The notes: a model not told the origin generated them from the letters alone. Numbered from the stretch's first letter, positions 39,692 to 50,470 are shown. The stretch is 64,000 nucleotides of DNA from an uncultured Chloroflexia bacterium (GCA_963746845.1 CAVVCZ010000001.1:1-64000), one strand, 5' to 3'. A program made the numbers and translations.

Positions 39692-40363
39692 ATGGAATTG
39701 ACGTGGTACGGGCGGACCTGCATCCGCCTTCGAGGCCGGGATGCCGTGGTCGTCGCCGATCCATACCAGGCGGTCGTCGGGCCGACCGGGCGGGGGATCA
39801 CCGGCGAGATCGTGACGTTCTCGCATCCGGACGATCGGCCCCTCCCGCGGGCGAAGGGCCGCCGCTCCCGGGACGGATCGACCCTCCTGCCGTCGTCGCT
39901 CGACGAGGCGTTCGTTCTCGACGGCCCCGGCGAATACGAGGTCCGCGACGTCCTGGTGACCGGCGTCCGGACGTACCGCGACGACGCGAAGGGCGCGGAG
40001 CACGGCAAGCAGACGGCGTTCGTCGTCGAGCTCGACCTGATGCACACGATCCACCTCGGCGAGATCGGCCACCTCCTCACCGAGGAGAAGCTCGGCGACA
40101 TCGGACCCGTGGATATCGCGTGCGTCCCCGTCGGGGGATCGCTGTCGCCGCAGAAGGCCGCCGAGCTGATCGCCCAGCTCGATCCGAAGATCGTCGTGCC
40201 GATGCCGCTCGACGAGGACGCCCCGGAGACCCAGGACGCGCTCGCCCGGTTCCTGCACGAGATGGGCGGCGAGCCGGCCGTCCAGGCGAAGCTGTCCGTG
40301 ACGATCTCGGGGCTGCCCGCCGAGACGACGACCGTGCTCCTGGAGTCCCGCGGCAAGATCTAG
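39692..40363 (+). CDS. MBL-fold protein (Lactamase_B_3-like, degenerate metal motif)
   Basis: MELTWYGRTCIRL, DGPGEYEV, VPVGG and PKIVVPM. The HxHxDH motif is reduced to SHPDD. Confidence 0.8.
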   Translation: MELTWYGRTCIRLRGRDAVVVADPYQAVVGPTGRGITGEIVTFSHPDDRPLPRAKGRRSRDGSTLLPSSLDEAFVLDGPGEYEVRDVLVTGVRTYRDDAKGAEHGKQTAFVVELDLMHTIHLGEIGHLLTEEKLGDIGPVDIACVPVGGSLSPQKAAELIAQLDPKIVVPMPLDEDAPETQDALARFLHEMGGEPAVQAKLSVTISGLPAETTTVLLESRGKI

Positions 40364-40384
40364 GCCGCCGCGGCGTGCTTCGCC

Positions 40385-41722
40385 CTAGCTGCCGCCCCGC
40401 TCGAGGACGAGCTTCCCGCGCTTGACGACGGTCCGGACGAGGTCGGCCGCCGGCCAGTAGGGGATCTGGCGCGACGTCGGCACGTTCCAGACGACCAGGT
40501 CCGCCTGCTTCCCGGCCTCGAGCGATCCGATCTCGTCCGCCCGTCCGAGCGCGAGCGCGGCATTGATCGTCACCCCGGCGAGGACCTCGTCCGGCGTCAT
40601 CCGCAGATTCAGGCAGGCAGCGGTCATCGCGAGCGGCAGGCTCGGCGTCGGCGACGTGCCCGGGTTGAAATCCGTCCCGATCGCGACCGGCACGCCCCGC
40701 TCGATGAACGTCCGCGCGGGCGCGTGGTGGTCCTTCATCAGGAACCACGTGGTGGCCGGAAGGAGCGTCGCGACCACCGGACGTCCGTCGGCCGCCGCCG
40801 CGGCGAGCGCATCGATCCCGGCCTCGGACGGCGTCGCGAGATGGTCGGCCGATGACGCCCCGATCTCGGCGGCCAGCTCCGCGCCGCCGCTGGGTGCCAG
40901 CTCGTCCGCGTGCAGCCGCGGTCGCAGACCGTACCCGGCGGCCGCCTCGAGGATCCGCCGCGCCTGGTCCGCGCTGAACACGCCCTCCTCGCAGAAGACG
41001 TCCGCGGCGACCGCGCGGCCCTGCGCCACGACCCCGGGGAGCTGCTCCTCCAGCAGCCGCCGGACATACGTCTCCGTCGCGTCCGGGCGACCGCGGAGCT
41101 CGGGCGGGACGGCGTGCGCGCCGAGCCACGTGGGCACGACCTCGACCGGACCCTCAGCGCCGAGCTGGTTGGCGACCTCGAGCAGCCGCAGCTCCGTCGG
41201 CAGGTCGAGCCCGTACCCGGACTTCGCCTCGACGGTCGTGACGCCGTGGCCGAGCATCTCGGTGAGCCAGCGCCGGCCGTGCTCGAGGAGCTCATCGGCG
41301 CTCGCCGCGCGGGTCGACGCGACGGTCGACAGGATCCCGCCGCCCGCCGCGAGGATCTCGAGGTAGCCCGCTCCGCGCTGGCGCAGCTCGAGCTCGCCCT
41401 CCCGGCTCCCGGCGAAGAGCAGGTGCGTATGCGGGTCGACGAGCCCTGGTGTCACGGTGCCACCGGCGGCGTCGAGGGTCGCGAACTGGTCGAGGGCGTA
41501 CCCGTCGCCGACGAGGATCGTTCGGAGGTCCGCCTCCTCGGCGACCTCGATGATCCGGCCGTCCCAGATCGCCACGGCGACGTCCGTCCGCCGGTCGACC
41601 TCGCCCTGGTCGGAGCCCATCCGCGGGCCGCCCGCCATCGTCACGACCTCGCTCGCGCCGGTGACGAAGAGGCCGGGTGGGTCCTCCTGGTCGCGCCCCC
41701 CGGTGATGACGCGGAGGGTCAC
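40385..41722 (-). CDS. hutI: Imidazolonepropionase
   Basis: PGLVDPHTH, GGGILSTV, EAKSGYGL, DVFCE, HADE and TDFNPG motifs. Confidence 0.95.
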   Translation of the reverse strand: MTLRVITGGRDQEDPPGLFVTGASEVVTMAGGPRMGSDQGEVDRRTDVAVAIWDGRIIEVAEEADLRTILVGDGYALDQFATLDAAGGTVTPGLVDPHTHLLFAGSREGELELRQRGAGYLEILAAGGGILSTVASTRAASADELLEHGRRWLTEMLGHGVTTVEAKSGYGLDLPTELRLLEVANQLGAEGPVEVVPTWLGAHAVPPELRGRPDATETYVRRLLEEQLPGVVAQGRAVAADVFCEEGVFSADQARRILEAAAGYGLRPRLHADELAPSGGAELAAEIGASSADHLATPSEAGIDALAAAAADGRPVVATLLPATTWFLMKDHHAPARTFIERGVPVAIGTDFNPGTSPTPSLPLAMTAACLNLRMTPDEVLAGVTINAALALGRADEIGSLEAGKQADLVVWNVPTSRQIPYWPAADLVRTVVKRGKLVLERGGS

Positions 41723-42744
41723 GAGCCTCGCGGCGCCGGGCCGGTCCGGGCCGCGGCGAGCCGCAGCTCCAGCGCCTGGAGCGGGCTGAAGTCGCGCAGG
41801 CGGAGGTACGACGCGGCGGCGGCCAGCCGCCGCTCGACCGGCTCGTCCGAACTGGCCTCGACGTGATCGGCGACGTCGAGGAATGCAGCAAGGGGCGCCA
41901 GCCCGATCAGCTCGGACTCATGCAGCTCGATCCCGTCCTCGGCGGCCTCCGCCCGGACCGCCTCCCAGACCCGCCACAGCGGCGTGACCCGGAAGTCGAG
42001 CAGGTTCATCGAGACCTGTGCCCGCGACGCGAGCGGATCGCCGCGCTCGGGCTCCTCGATGGAGAACCCGTTCGCCTGGACCTTCGGCAATCCGCCGCCG
42101 GACTCCCGGATCCGCCGGGCGATCCGCTTCGCGAACTCGACGTCCGACGAGTCGAGGTTGATGTTGTAGGCGATGAGGAATGGCCGCGCCCCCACGGCGA
42201 CGGCACCCGCCGACGGATGCATCCGGGCGGGTCCGATGTCGGGCTCGCGCCCGTGCTGGCCGATCTCCGCCTTGAGCCCTTCGTACTGACCACGCCGGAC
42301 GTCGGCGAGCTTCACCCGGTCCGAGCGGCGGGCGGCCTGGGCGTACAGGTAGACGGGCAGGTCGAACCGCTCCACGACACGGGCACCGAACGCCCGGGCG
42401 AGCTCGACGGCCTCATCCATCGTCGTGTCGCCGAGCGGCACGAACGGGACGACGTCCACGGCGCCGATCCGGGGATGCTCACCCGAGTGCTCGTCCATGT
42501 CGATCTCGCGGACAGCGCCGGCGACGAGCTCCTCCAACGCATCCGACACGGGCCCGGCGGGCCCGGCAATCGTGAAGACGGAGCGGTTGTGACTGGCGTC
42601 GCTCGTCCGGTCGAGGAGATGGACGCCGGCCACCGAGGTGACCGCGCCGGCAAGCCGCTCGACGACGTCCAGCCGGCGGCCCTCCGAGATGTTCGGGACC
42701 GATTCGATCAGCCGGTCGGAGAGGTCGTCGGGAAGGGCGGGCAT
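41719..42744 (-). CDS. ftcD: Glutamate formimidoyltransferase
   Basis: IESVPNISEGR, HNRSVFT, HSGEHPRIGAVDVVPF, GARPFLIAYN and QVSMNL motifs. Confidence 0.93.
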   Translation of the reverse strand: MPALPDDLSDRLIESVPNISEGRRLDVVERLAGAVTSVAGVHLLDRTSDASHNRSVFTIAGPAGPVSDALEELVAGAVREIDMDEHSGEHPRIGAVDVVPFVPLGDTTMDEAVELARAFGARVVERFDLPVYLYAQAARRSDRVKLADVRRGQYEGLKAEIGQHGREPDIGPARMHPSAGAVAVGARPFLIAYNINLDSSDVEFAKRIARRIRESGGGLPKVQANGFSIEEPERGDPLASRAQVSMNLLDFRVTPLWRVWEAVRAEAAEDGIELHESELIGLAPLAAFLDVADHVEASSDEPVERRLAAAASYLRLRDFSPLQALELRLAAARTGPAPRGS

Positions 42745-42806
42745 CGCGGCCCATCGTGCCACGGCGGCGCGCTTCCGCGCGACCCGGCTGCCGACCATGA
42801 ATGTCG

Positions 42807-42837
42807 TTGACTAACGCGTGTTAGACCGTAGACTAAC
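42807..42837 (+). promoter_or_regulatory. Promoter TTGACT-N16-TAGACT with an operator palindrome CTAAC-N4-GTTAG
   Basis: Palindrome at 42811-42824 between the -35 and -10 boxes of the MFS gene. Confidence 0.6.
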
Positions 42838-42873
42838 ATCGCCCGCGACACGCCCCACCACCCGAGGTGCCGC

Positions 42874-44301
42874 TTGGCCTCGTCGACCGCCCCCCGGCGC
42901 AGCCTGTTCCATCACCCGAACTTCATCCGCCTGTGGACGGCCGCGACCGTCTCGCTGTTCGGCACCCAGGTCAGCCAGATCGCGATCCCGTTCATCGCGG
43001 TCATCCTCCTGCACGCGTCGCCGGGCGAGGTCGGTCTGCTGACGACCGTCGAGTTCCTGCCGTTCCTCCTGTTCACGCTGCCCGCGGGCGTCTGGGTCGA
43101 CCGGTTCTCGAAGAAGCGGATCCTCGTCCTCGGCGACCTCGGACGGGCGGTGATGCTCGCCTCGATCCCGATCGCGTGGGCCCTCGGCGCCCTGACGATC
43201 TGGCAGCTCTACCTCGTCGGGTTCGTCAACGGCGTGATGACCGTCTTCTTCGATGTGGCCGACCAGTCCTACCTGCCGACGATCCTCGAACGGGACGAGC
43301 TGGTCGAGGGCAACTCGAAGCTCCAGGTCAGCCAGTCGGCTGCCGCGATCCTCGGCCAGCCGCTCGGCGGCGGGTTCGTCGCGCTGCTGACCGCGCCGGT
43401 TGCCGTCCTCATCGATGCAGTGAGCTATGTCGGCTCGGCGGCATTGATCCTGTCGATCCGCGAGCAGGCGAAGGCGGCGGTCGCAGCGGTTCGCGCTGGG
43501 CCGTCCGTGTCCGAGACGGCGCTCGCGACGGAGGCCGACGAGATCGTGCCGGGCGCACCCGCGGCAGCGTCGCTGATCGTCGAGGCGCAGGCGGCGACCG
43601 CGGAGCCGGCACCGTCGGCAACGGAGGGCGAGACGGACTCGGCGCCGGGCAGCATGCGCCGCCAGATCGCCGATGGCCTGCGGTTCATCACCCGCCACGA
43701 CTACCTCGGACACATCGCCGCGACGACGGCGACCTCCAACCTCTTCGGCAACATCGGGTTCGCGATCTTCCCGGTCTACGCCTACAACGTCCTGCTGCTC
43801 TCGCCCCAGGCCGTCGGAGCGATGGGCGGCCTCGGCGGGGCCGGCGTCCTCGTCGGCGCGCTCGTCGCCAGCCGCGTGCAGGCACGGATCGGGGTCGGCC
43901 GGACGATCGTGGTCACCTCGGCGGGGAGCGGCCTGATCGGGCTGCTCTTCCCATTGGCGGCCCTCGGCGCGCCGCTGGTGCTGCTCTCGGTCGCGTTCTT
44001 CCTGACCAGCATCATCAACGTGCTCTACAACATCTCGCAGGTGAGCCTGCGTCAGGCGATCACCCCGGAGCACTTCCTCGGCCGGATGAACGCGACGATG
44101 CGGTTCCTCGTCTGGGGCACGATCCCGATCGGCTCACTCATCGGCGCCGGCCTGTCGGAGGTCGTGGGCGTCCAGGCGACGATCTGGATCTCGGCGATCC
44201 TGTCGCTCTTCACCTTCCTGCCGGTCCTGTTCTCGAAGGTCCGGACGATCCGGACGATCCCGACCGGCGAGCCCGCCGACGTCGCGGCGGCGTCCGCCTA
44301 G
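42874..44301 (+). CDS. MFS transporter (MFS_3/DHA3-like)
   Basis: 12 TM helices. Motifs AGVWVDRFSKK and RQAITPEHFLGRMNA. Confidence 0.9.
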   Translation: MASSTAPRRSLFHHPNFIRLWTAATVSLFGTQVSQIAIPFIAVILLHASPGEVGLLTTVEFLPFLLFTLPAGVWVDRFSKKRILVLGDLGRAVMLASIPIAWALGALTIWQLYLVGFVNGVMTVFFDVADQSYLPTILERDELVEGNSKLQVSQSAAAILGQPLGGGFVALLTAPVAVLIDAVSYVGSAALILSIREQAKAAVAAVRAGPSVSETALATEADEIVPGAPAAASLIVEAQAATAEPAPSATEGETDSAPGSMRRQIADGLRFITRHDYLGHIAATTATSNLFGNIGFAIFPVYAYNVLLLSPQAVGAMGGLGGAGVLVGALVASRVQARIGVGRTIVVTSAGSGLIGLLFPLAALGAPLVLLSVAFFLTSIINVLYNISQVSLRQAITPEHFLGRMNATMRFLVWGTIPIGSLIGAGLSEVVGVQATIWISAILSLFTFLPVLFSKVRTIRTIPTGEPADVAAASA

Positions 44302-44318
44302 TTCAGGAAACGATCGGG

Positions 44319-44449
44319 CGTCTGCGATCGTCGCGCATGGGCGAGGCTGGCAAGGCGCCGGGGGAGCAGCGGAGCGAGCGCACTTCAAGGTGCGTGAGCG
44401 AGCAGCGCACCCGGCAACGCAGTCCAGCGTCGTCCAGGCGCGACAGCCC
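44319..44449 (+). repeat. ~130-nt palindromic intergenic repeat, copy 2
   Basis: Near-identical to 18663-18792. Lies between the convergent MFS and hutU genes. Confidence 0.9.
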
Positions 44450-46108
44450 TCAGTCGAGCATGGGGATCCGGATGCCTCGCTCGCGGGCAACCTCGATCGC
44501 GCGCTCGTAGCCCGCGTCGACGTGGCGGACCACGCCCATCCCCGGATCCGTCGTGAGCACCCGCTCGAGCTTCCGCTCCGCGAGCTCCGACCCGTCCGCG
44601 ACCGCGACCATCCCCGCGTGCTGGCTGTAGCCGATCCCGACGCCCCCGCCATGATGGATGCTCACCCACGTCGCCCCGGCCGCGGTGTTCACGAGCGCGT
44701 TGAGCAGCGGCCAGTCCGCGACCGCGTCGGAGCCGTCGGCCATCGCCTCGGTCTCGCGGTTCGGTGACGCCACGGAGCCCGCGTCGAGGTGGTCGCGCCC
44801 GATGACGATCGGGGCGCTGATCTCGCCCGCGGCGACGAGCCGGTTGAACTCGAGCCCCGCCTTCGCCCGCTCCCCGTAGCCGAGCCAGCAGATCCGGGCC
44901 GGCAGCCCCTGGAACGGGACCTTGTCCTTCGCCATCTCCAGCCAGCGACGGAGCCCCTCGTCGGCCGGGAACAGCTCGAGGATCGCCTGGTCGGTCCGGG
45001 CGATGTCGGCGGGATCGCCGCTCAGCGCGACCCAGCGGAACGGCCCGCGTCCCTCGCAGAACTGGGGCCGGATGTAGGCCGGAACGAAGCCCGGGTAGTC
45101 GAACGCGTTCGCGACGCCGGCCGTCTGGGCCTGGGCGCGCAGGTTGTTGCCATAGTCGAAGACGACGGCGCCGGCGGCCTGGAACGCGAGCATCGCGCGG
45201 ACGTGGTCGGCCATCGCCGACATCGACCGGCGGACGTACTCGTCGGGCTGGGTCCGGCGGAGGACCACCGCGTCCGCGAGCGCGATCTCGGACGGGACGT
45301 ACCCGCCGAGCGCGTCATGCGCGGACGTCTGGTCGGTGACGACGTCGAACCGCTCGCCGGCACGGGCCCAGCCCGGCTCGATCTCTGCCGCGTTGCCCAC
45401 GAGGGCGATCGACTCCGCCCGGCCCGCCGCGGCCGCGTCCCGTGCCCACGCGAGCGCCTCGGTGGGCTCGGTCGTCAGGCGGTCCACGTAGCCGATGTCG
45501 AGCCGCCGACGCGCCCGCGCCTCGTCGACCTCGATCGCGACGCAGACGCCGCCGTTCATCGTGACCGCGAGCGGCTGTGCGCCGCCCATCCCGCCGAGGC
45601 CCGCGGTCAGGACGACCCGTCCCGCGAGCGACCCGCCGAAGTGCCGGCGGGCGAGCTCCGCGAAGGTCTCGTACGTCCCCTGGAGGATCCCCTGGGTCCC
45701 GATGTAGATCCAGGACCCCGCGGTCATCTGGCCATACATCATCAGCCCCTGCCGCTCGAGCTCGCGGAAGATCTCCCAGGTCGCCCACCTCGCGACGAGG
45801 TTCGAGTTGGCGATCAGGACCCGGGGCGCCCATTCGTGGGTCCGGAACACCGCGACGGGCTTGCCGGACTGGACGAGCAGCGTCTCGTCATCGGCCAGGG
45901 CCCGAAGCTCGCGCACGATCGCATCGAACGCGTCCCAGCTCCGCGCGGCGCGGCCCGTGCCGCCGTAGACGACGAGCGCATCAGGATCCTCCGCGACCTC
46001 CGGATCAAGGTTGTTCATCAGCATCCGGAGGGCGGCTTCCTGCTGCCAGCCCCGGCAGGTCAGGGCCGTCCCGCGGGGCGCCCGGACGGGTCGCGGGCCG
46101 CTCGTCAT
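44450..46108 (-). CDS. hutU: Urocanate hydratase
   Basis: [37 protein letters not shown] and HHGGGVGIG motifs. Confidence 0.97.
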   Translation of the reverse strand: MTSGPRPVRAPRGTALTCRGWQQEAALRMLMNNLDPEVAEDPDALVVYGGTGRAARSWDAFDAIVRELRALADDETLLVQSGKPVAVFRTHEWAPRVLIANSNLVARWATWEIFRELERQGLMMYGQMTAGSWIYIGTQGILQGTYETFAELARRHFGGSLAGRVVLTAGLGGMGGAQPLAVTMNGGVCVAIEVDEARARRRLDIGYVDRLTTEPTEALAWARDAAAAGRAESIALVGNAAEIEPGWARAGERFDVVTDQTSAHDALGGYVPSEIALADAVVLRRTQPDEYVRRSMSAMADHVRAMLAFQAAGAVVFDYGNNLRAQAQTAGVANAFDYPGFVPAYIRPQFCEGRGPFRWVALSGDPADIARTDQAILELFPADEGLRRWLEMAKDKVPFQGLPARICWLGYGERAKAGLEFNRLVAAGEISAPIVIGRDHLDAGSVASPNRETEAMADGSDAVADWPLLNALVNTAAGATWVSIHHGGGVGIGYSQHAGMVAVADGSELAERKLERVLTTDPGMGVVRHVDAGYERAIEVARERGIRIPMLD

Positions 46109-46157
46109 CGACCGATCGTAGCGACCGCGTCGACGAACCGCGTCCTGTCCGCGCCGC

Positions 46158-46829
46158 TCATGGGGCGACGTGCGCGAGGAGGCGCTCGCCGAGCCGGCTC
46201 GGCCCGATCGAGGTGAGCGACAGCACCACCGATCCGTCCTTCACGCGGGCGTGGTACGTGTACACCCCGTTCGTGCACGAGCCGATGTAGACGGTCCGCC
46301 CGCCGATCTCGCTCTCGACGTGGCCCTGGACGCCGCCGGCCTGGCGACACGCGGCCACGTCGTACGTGTCGCGCCACGTCCGGAACCAGCTCTCCCCAAC
46401 GGACGGGTCCCGCAGCCGGACGGCGTTGACGATGACGAACTCCTCCGGCGCGGCCTGCCCCGTGGGAGTCGCCAGCCCGGTCGCCATCGCCGCGGCATCG
46501 CGCGCGACCGCCGGGTCGCCGATCACGGTCGCGGTGGTCTCGGGATCGTACGTGAGGGTCATGCCGGCGTCGGTCGCCCGGATGAGCTCGAGCAGGGTCG
46601 GGTCGGCGCTGACCGCGAGGCCGGAAGCCGCGGCCCCGGACGGCGCGGTCGAGGGTGCGCCGATCGATGCGGACGGCGCACTTGGCGCGAGGCTGCTCGG
46701 CGGCACCGATGCCGGCGACGGGGTCAAGGCGCCGGGCGTCGGCCCGACGGAGCCGCACGCGGCCACGGCGGCGGCGGCGGCGAGCGCCAGGACCGGCGCG
46801 ACGGCCGCCGCCCGGGAACGCGGCCTCAA
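46158..46829 (-). CDS. Hypothetical lipoprotein
   Basis: Probable TTG start overlapping the VOC stop. Lipobox VAAC and two further Cys. Confidence 0.7.
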   Translation of the reverse strand: MRPRSRAAAVAPVLALAAAAAVAACGSVGPTPGALTPSPASVPPSSLAPSAPSASIGAPSTAPSGAAASGLAVSADPTLLELIRATDAGMTLTYDPETTATVIGDPAVARDAAAMATGLATPTGQAAPEEFVIVNAVRLRDPSVGESWFRTWRDTYDVAACRQAGGVQGHVESEIGGRTVYIGSCTNGVYTYHARVKDGSVVLSLTSIGPSRLGERLLAHVAP

Positions 46830-47248
46830 GCCGGCAGACGCTCGGAGTCGTCGTTCGGTCGGGTGAAGGCCGACTCGTAGAACTGGAGCGGGTTGCCCTC
46901 GGGATCCCACAGGAAGCAGAACGATCCGTACGCGGTCCGGACGACCTCCTCGTGCCGGATGCCGGCCGCGTCGAGGCGGCGGATCGCGAGGTCCAGGTTG
47001 TCGACGATCAGCTCCGGGACCACGCCGCCCAGGCGGTAGTCCTTCGGTTCCTTCGACGCGGTCCCGCCGGAGATCAGTGACAGGCTCGTGCCCTGCGTCG
47101 CATCGAACCGGATGAACGAGCGGGTGCGGTACAGGAGCCGCAGGCCGATCACGTCGCGGTAGAACGCGAGCTCCGCCTCGGCGTCCTCGACGAAGATCAG
47201 CGCACCGCGGACCTTGCTGACATTGCCGAGCGCCTGGGTCATGGCCAT
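46826..47248 (-). CDS. VOC/glyoxalase family protein
   Basis: AFYRDVIGL and WDPEGNPLQF motifs. Confidence 0.87.
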   Translation of the reverse strand: MAMTQALGNVSKVRGALIFVEDAEAELAFYRDVIGLRLLYRTRSFIRFDATQGTSLSLISGGTASKEPKDYRLGGVVPELIVDNLDLAIRRLDAAGIRHEEVVRTAYGSFCFLWDPEGNPLQFYESAFTRPNDDSERLPA

Positions 47249-47296
47249 CGGTCGGTCTCCCTCGGGTCGGCGTGCGCGTGACCCGAGGACGGTACC

Positions 47297-48067
47297 TCAG
47301 CCCAATTCGCGGCGCACGACCGGGAACCGGTCATCGTCGACGACGACGTCGAACCCGGCGTCGACCCAGAAGGCCGGGGTCGCCGCGCTGGTGGCGTCCG
47401 GGCGAGTGTCCAGCTCCGGGTACGCCTCGACCGCGGCGAAGCCACGCCCGGCGAGGTCGTCGCAGACGGCCCGGACGAGCGCGGTGGCGTGCCCGGCGCC
47501 GCGGGCGGCGGGGGTCGTCGCGATGCACGTGATCACGGCGGGCAGGGGCGCGTCGGGGAGCTGCGGGTAGAGGTCGCGCAGGCGCTGGGCGCGCGGGTAG
47601 GCCGACAGCGGACCGAACTGGGCGTATGCGGCCGACTCCTCGTCGACGAGCAGGACCTTCGCGTAGCTGCCGAAGACCGCCAACCCGCGGCCGAGCAGGG
47701 CGAGCTTGCGGGGCGCCTCGGCCCCGACCGTCGGTCGGGCGGCCGCTCGTGGGGCGAATGGGTTGACGACGGCCTCGTCATCCGCCTCCGCGAACGGGTT
47801 CACTGCCGACGCGCCTGATCGGCCGGCCGGCGCGAACGGATTGAACGCGGGCTCCGCCCGATCGCGCGCGAACGGGTTGTCCGCGACGGTCGTTCGCCGC
47901 GCCGGCTCCGGCGGTGCCGCCTCCAACCACGACAGCCGGGCCGCCTTCGATCCGCGGTCCGCGTCCTCCCAGTAGTCGCACGACCGGTGGTCGAAGCCGG
48001 GATCGGCACAGGGCGGGATCAGGCGGAAGCTCGGGTCATCGGTCACATCGACGATCCGAACCGTCAT
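47297..48067 (-). CDS. GNAT-fold protein with an NPFA-repeat insertion
   Basis: YAQFGP, VITC, RGAGHATALV, VEAYP and FWVDAGF motifs. ATGA overlap with hutH. Confidence 0.8.
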   Translation of the reverse strand: MTVRIVDVTDDPSFRLIPPCADPGFDHRSCDYWEDADRGSKAARLSWLEAAPPEPARRTTVADNPFARDRAEPAFNPFAPAGRSGASAVNPFAEADDEAVVNPFAPRAAARPTVGAEAPRKLALLGRGLAVFGSYAKVLLVDEESAAYAQFGPLSAYPRAQRLRDLYPQLPDAPLPAVITCIATTPAARGAGHATALVRAVCDDLAGRGFAAVEAYPELDTRPDATSAATPAFWVDAGFDVVVDDDRFPVVRRELG

Positions 48068-49698
48068 GACGTGGTCTCGGCGCCGTCGACGAGGTCGTCG
48101 AACTCCCCGTCGTGCACGAGCCGGGTCACCGCCGTGAGGTCCGGGCCGGGCTCCCGGTCGCCGTCCAGGGGCGGGACGACCGCGCGGATCCGGCGTTGCG
48201 CCTCCGCGACCCCGGCTCCCGGCTCGGGACCGCCGGTCGCCGCGGGTCCGGCCTCGTCCGCCAGGAGCCGTCGCCGGTGGTCGATCGCCTCCGCCCCGAC
48301 CCGGAGCTCGATCGCGACGATCCGCTCGACGTGCTCGAGGACCGTTCGGGCGTGGCGCGCCGCGATCGGACCCATCGAGACATGGTCCTCCTGGTTCGCG
48401 CTGGTCGGGATCGAGTCGACGGACGCCGGATGGGCGAGGACCTTGTTCTCCGACGCCAGGGCGGCCGCGGTGTACTGGGCGATCATCAGTCCGGAGTCGA
48501 GCCCGCTCGCCGGGGCGAGGAAGGCCGGGAGCCCACCGCTCAGCCGCGCGTCGAGGAGCAGGGCGGTGCGTCGCTCGCTGATCGCGCCGAGCTCGGCGAT
48601 CGCCAGCTTCGCGAAGTCGAGGGCGAGCGCGATCGGCTCGCCGTGGAAGTTGCCGCCGCTGATGACCCGGCCACCTCCCGTCGCGAGCGCGTCCTCGGCG
48701 ACGACGCCGCCCTCCGGGAACACGAGCGGGTTGTCGGTCGCGCTGTTCATCTCGACGTCGAGGACCCTCCGGAGGTGGTCGAGCGCGTCGCGGACCGCCC
48801 CCTGGACCTGCGGCGCGCAGCGCAGCGAATACGGGTCCTGGACCTTGTGGCTCGTCGCCTTGTGGGCGGCCTGGAAGCCCGAGTCCCGGAGCAGGTGGCG
48901 GAGCTCCGCGGCCACCGCGATCTGACCGGGGTGGGGTCGGGCGAGCTGGTACGCGGCCGCGAACGCGACGTCCGTCCCGAGCAGGGCTTCCACGGACATC
49001 GCCGCGGCAACGCTCGCGGTCCGGGACAGTCGGTCGGCATCGGCAAGGAGCAGCGCCCCGATCCCCGACATCAGCTGTGTCCCGTTCAGGAGGGCGAGCC
49101 CTTCCTTCGCCCCCAGGACGAGCGGCTCCAGCCCGACCTCGCGCAGCGCCATGAGCGCCGGGACCTGCTGCCCGTTGAGCTCGACCTGGCCGCGGCCGAT
49201 CAGCGGCAGCGCGAGATGGGCGAGCGGTGCGAGGTCCCCGGATGCGCCGACGGAACCCTGGCTCGGGACGACCGGGTGGACGCCGAGGGCGAGGAACGCG
49301 ACCAGACGATCCACGAGGAGCGGGCGGCAGCCCGAGTGGCCCAGCGCGAGCGTGTTCGCCCGGAGCAGGAGCATCGCCCGGACGACCTCGCGCGGGAGCG
49401 GATCGCCGACGCCTGCGGCGTGGCTCATCAGGAGGTTCTCCTGGAGCCGCTCGGCATCGGCGGGCGCGATGAACCGGGTCGCGAGATCGCCGAACCCGGT
49501 GGTCACCCCGTAGACGATCTCGCCGCGGGCGACGAGACCGTCGATCAGGTCACGCAATTCCTGCATCCGGTCGCGCGCCGCGCCGTCCAGCGCCACGACT
49601 GCCCCGTGGCGGGCAACCGCCTCGACATCCGCGATCGAGAGGTTCGCCCCGGTCAGGACGATCGGGTCGGCGACGACGGGGCCCATCGGGTCGGTCAC
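48064..49698 (-). CDS. hutH: Histidine ammonia-lyase
   Basis: YGVTTGFG, MIO-forming GASGDLAPL, QDPYSLRC, GGNFHG and NQEDHVSMG motifs. Confidence 0.97.
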   Translation of the reverse strand: MTDPMGPVVADPIVLTGANLSIADVEAVARHGAVVALDGAARDRMQELRDLIDGLVARGEIVYGVTTGFGDLATRFIAPADAERLQENLLMSHAAGVGDPLPREVVRAMLLLRANTLALGHSGCRPLLVDRLVAFLALGVHPVVPSQGSVGASGDLAPLAHLALPLIGRGQVELNGQQVPALMALREVGLEPLVLGAKEGLALLNGTQLMSGIGALLLADADRLSRTASVAAAMSVEALLGTDVAFAAAYQLARPHPGQIAVAAELRHLLRDSGFQAAHKATSHKVQDPYSLRCAPQVQGAVRDALDHLRRVLDVEMNSATDNPLVFPEGGVVAEDALATGGGRVISGGNFHGEPIALALDFAKLAIAELGAISERRTALLLDARLSGGLPAFLAPASGLDSGLMIAQYTAAALASENKVLAHPASVDSIPTSANQEDHVSMGPIAARHARTVLEHVERIVAIELRVGAEAIDHRRRLLADEAGPAATGGPEPGAGVAEAQRRIRAVVPPLDGDREPGPDLTAVTRLVHDGEFDDLVDGAETTS

Positions 49699-49782
49699 GA
49701 TGCGGAGGATAGTCGGCTAGTCTTCGCCCGGTTCCACCCGCGCCGCCAGTTGCGGCCGTCCCGATCCGCCACCGAGGCCGCC

Positions 49783-50460
49783 GTGCTCGCATTCATCGAC
49801 CAGATCGTCATCCCGTTCCTGAACACGCTGTACGGCGCGGTCGGGTACCTCGGAGTGATGATCGCGATGGCGATCGAGTCGGCGATGATCCCCCTCCCGT
49901 CCGAGCTGATCCTCCCGTATGCGGGCTTCCTCGTCTCCGATCCGACCCAGCTCGAGCCGCTGACGAAGAGCCCGTGGTCGTTCTGGATCGTCGTGATCGT
50001 GGCCACGATCGGGAACACGATCGGGTCGCTGATCGCGTACGCGATCGGCGCGTGGGGCGGACGGCCGTTCCTCGAACGCCACGGGAAGTACCTGTTGATC
50101 CGGCAGCACGAGATCGAGCTCGCTGATCGCTTCTTCGAGAAGTACGGAGCGGCGACGGTGTTCTTCAGCCGCCTGCTGCCGATTGTCCGGACGTTCATCT
50201 CGTTCCCGGCCGGGGTCGTCCGGATGCCGATCCGGACGTTCATCGTCTACTCGACGGCCGGGGCGTTCCTGTGGTCGATCCTTCTCGTCTACGCGGGCAC
50301 CGTCCTCGGAGCCAACTGGGAGGCGATCCGCCACGCGCTCCAGCCATTCGACCTGCTGATCGCCTTCGCCGTCGGGGCGCTCGTGATCCTGTTCGTCTGG
50401 TGGCGGATCGGGCGGCCCGGCTGGCGGCGCGGCCCGAGCGAGACCGGCGACCCGAGCTGA
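49783..50460 (+). CDS. DedA family membrane protein
   Basis: IESAMIPLPSE and FSRLLPIVRTFISFPAG motifs. Confidence 0.92.
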   Translation: MLAFIDQIVIPFLNTLYGAVGYLGVMIAMAIESAMIPLPSELILPYAGFLVSDPTQLEPLTKSPWSFWIVVIVATIGNTIGSLIAYAIGAWGGRPFLERHGKYLLIRQHEIELADRFFEKYGAATVFFSRLLPIVRTFISFPAGVVRMPIRTFIVYSTAGAFLWSILLVYAGTVLGANWEAIRHALQPFDLLIAFAVGALVILFVWWRIGRPGWRRGPSETGDPS

Positions 50461-50470
50461 CCCGGGCCGG

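Noticed and set aside
48112-49782. Apparent long N-terminal extensions on DedA, DUF4349 (5986), rplY (11165), lexA (59074), folC (17260) and the response regulator (9564)
   Set aside because: They overlap real opposite-strand or neighbouring genes. Downstream starts have an RBS, a -10 box or a stop-start overlap, or match the family N-terminus.
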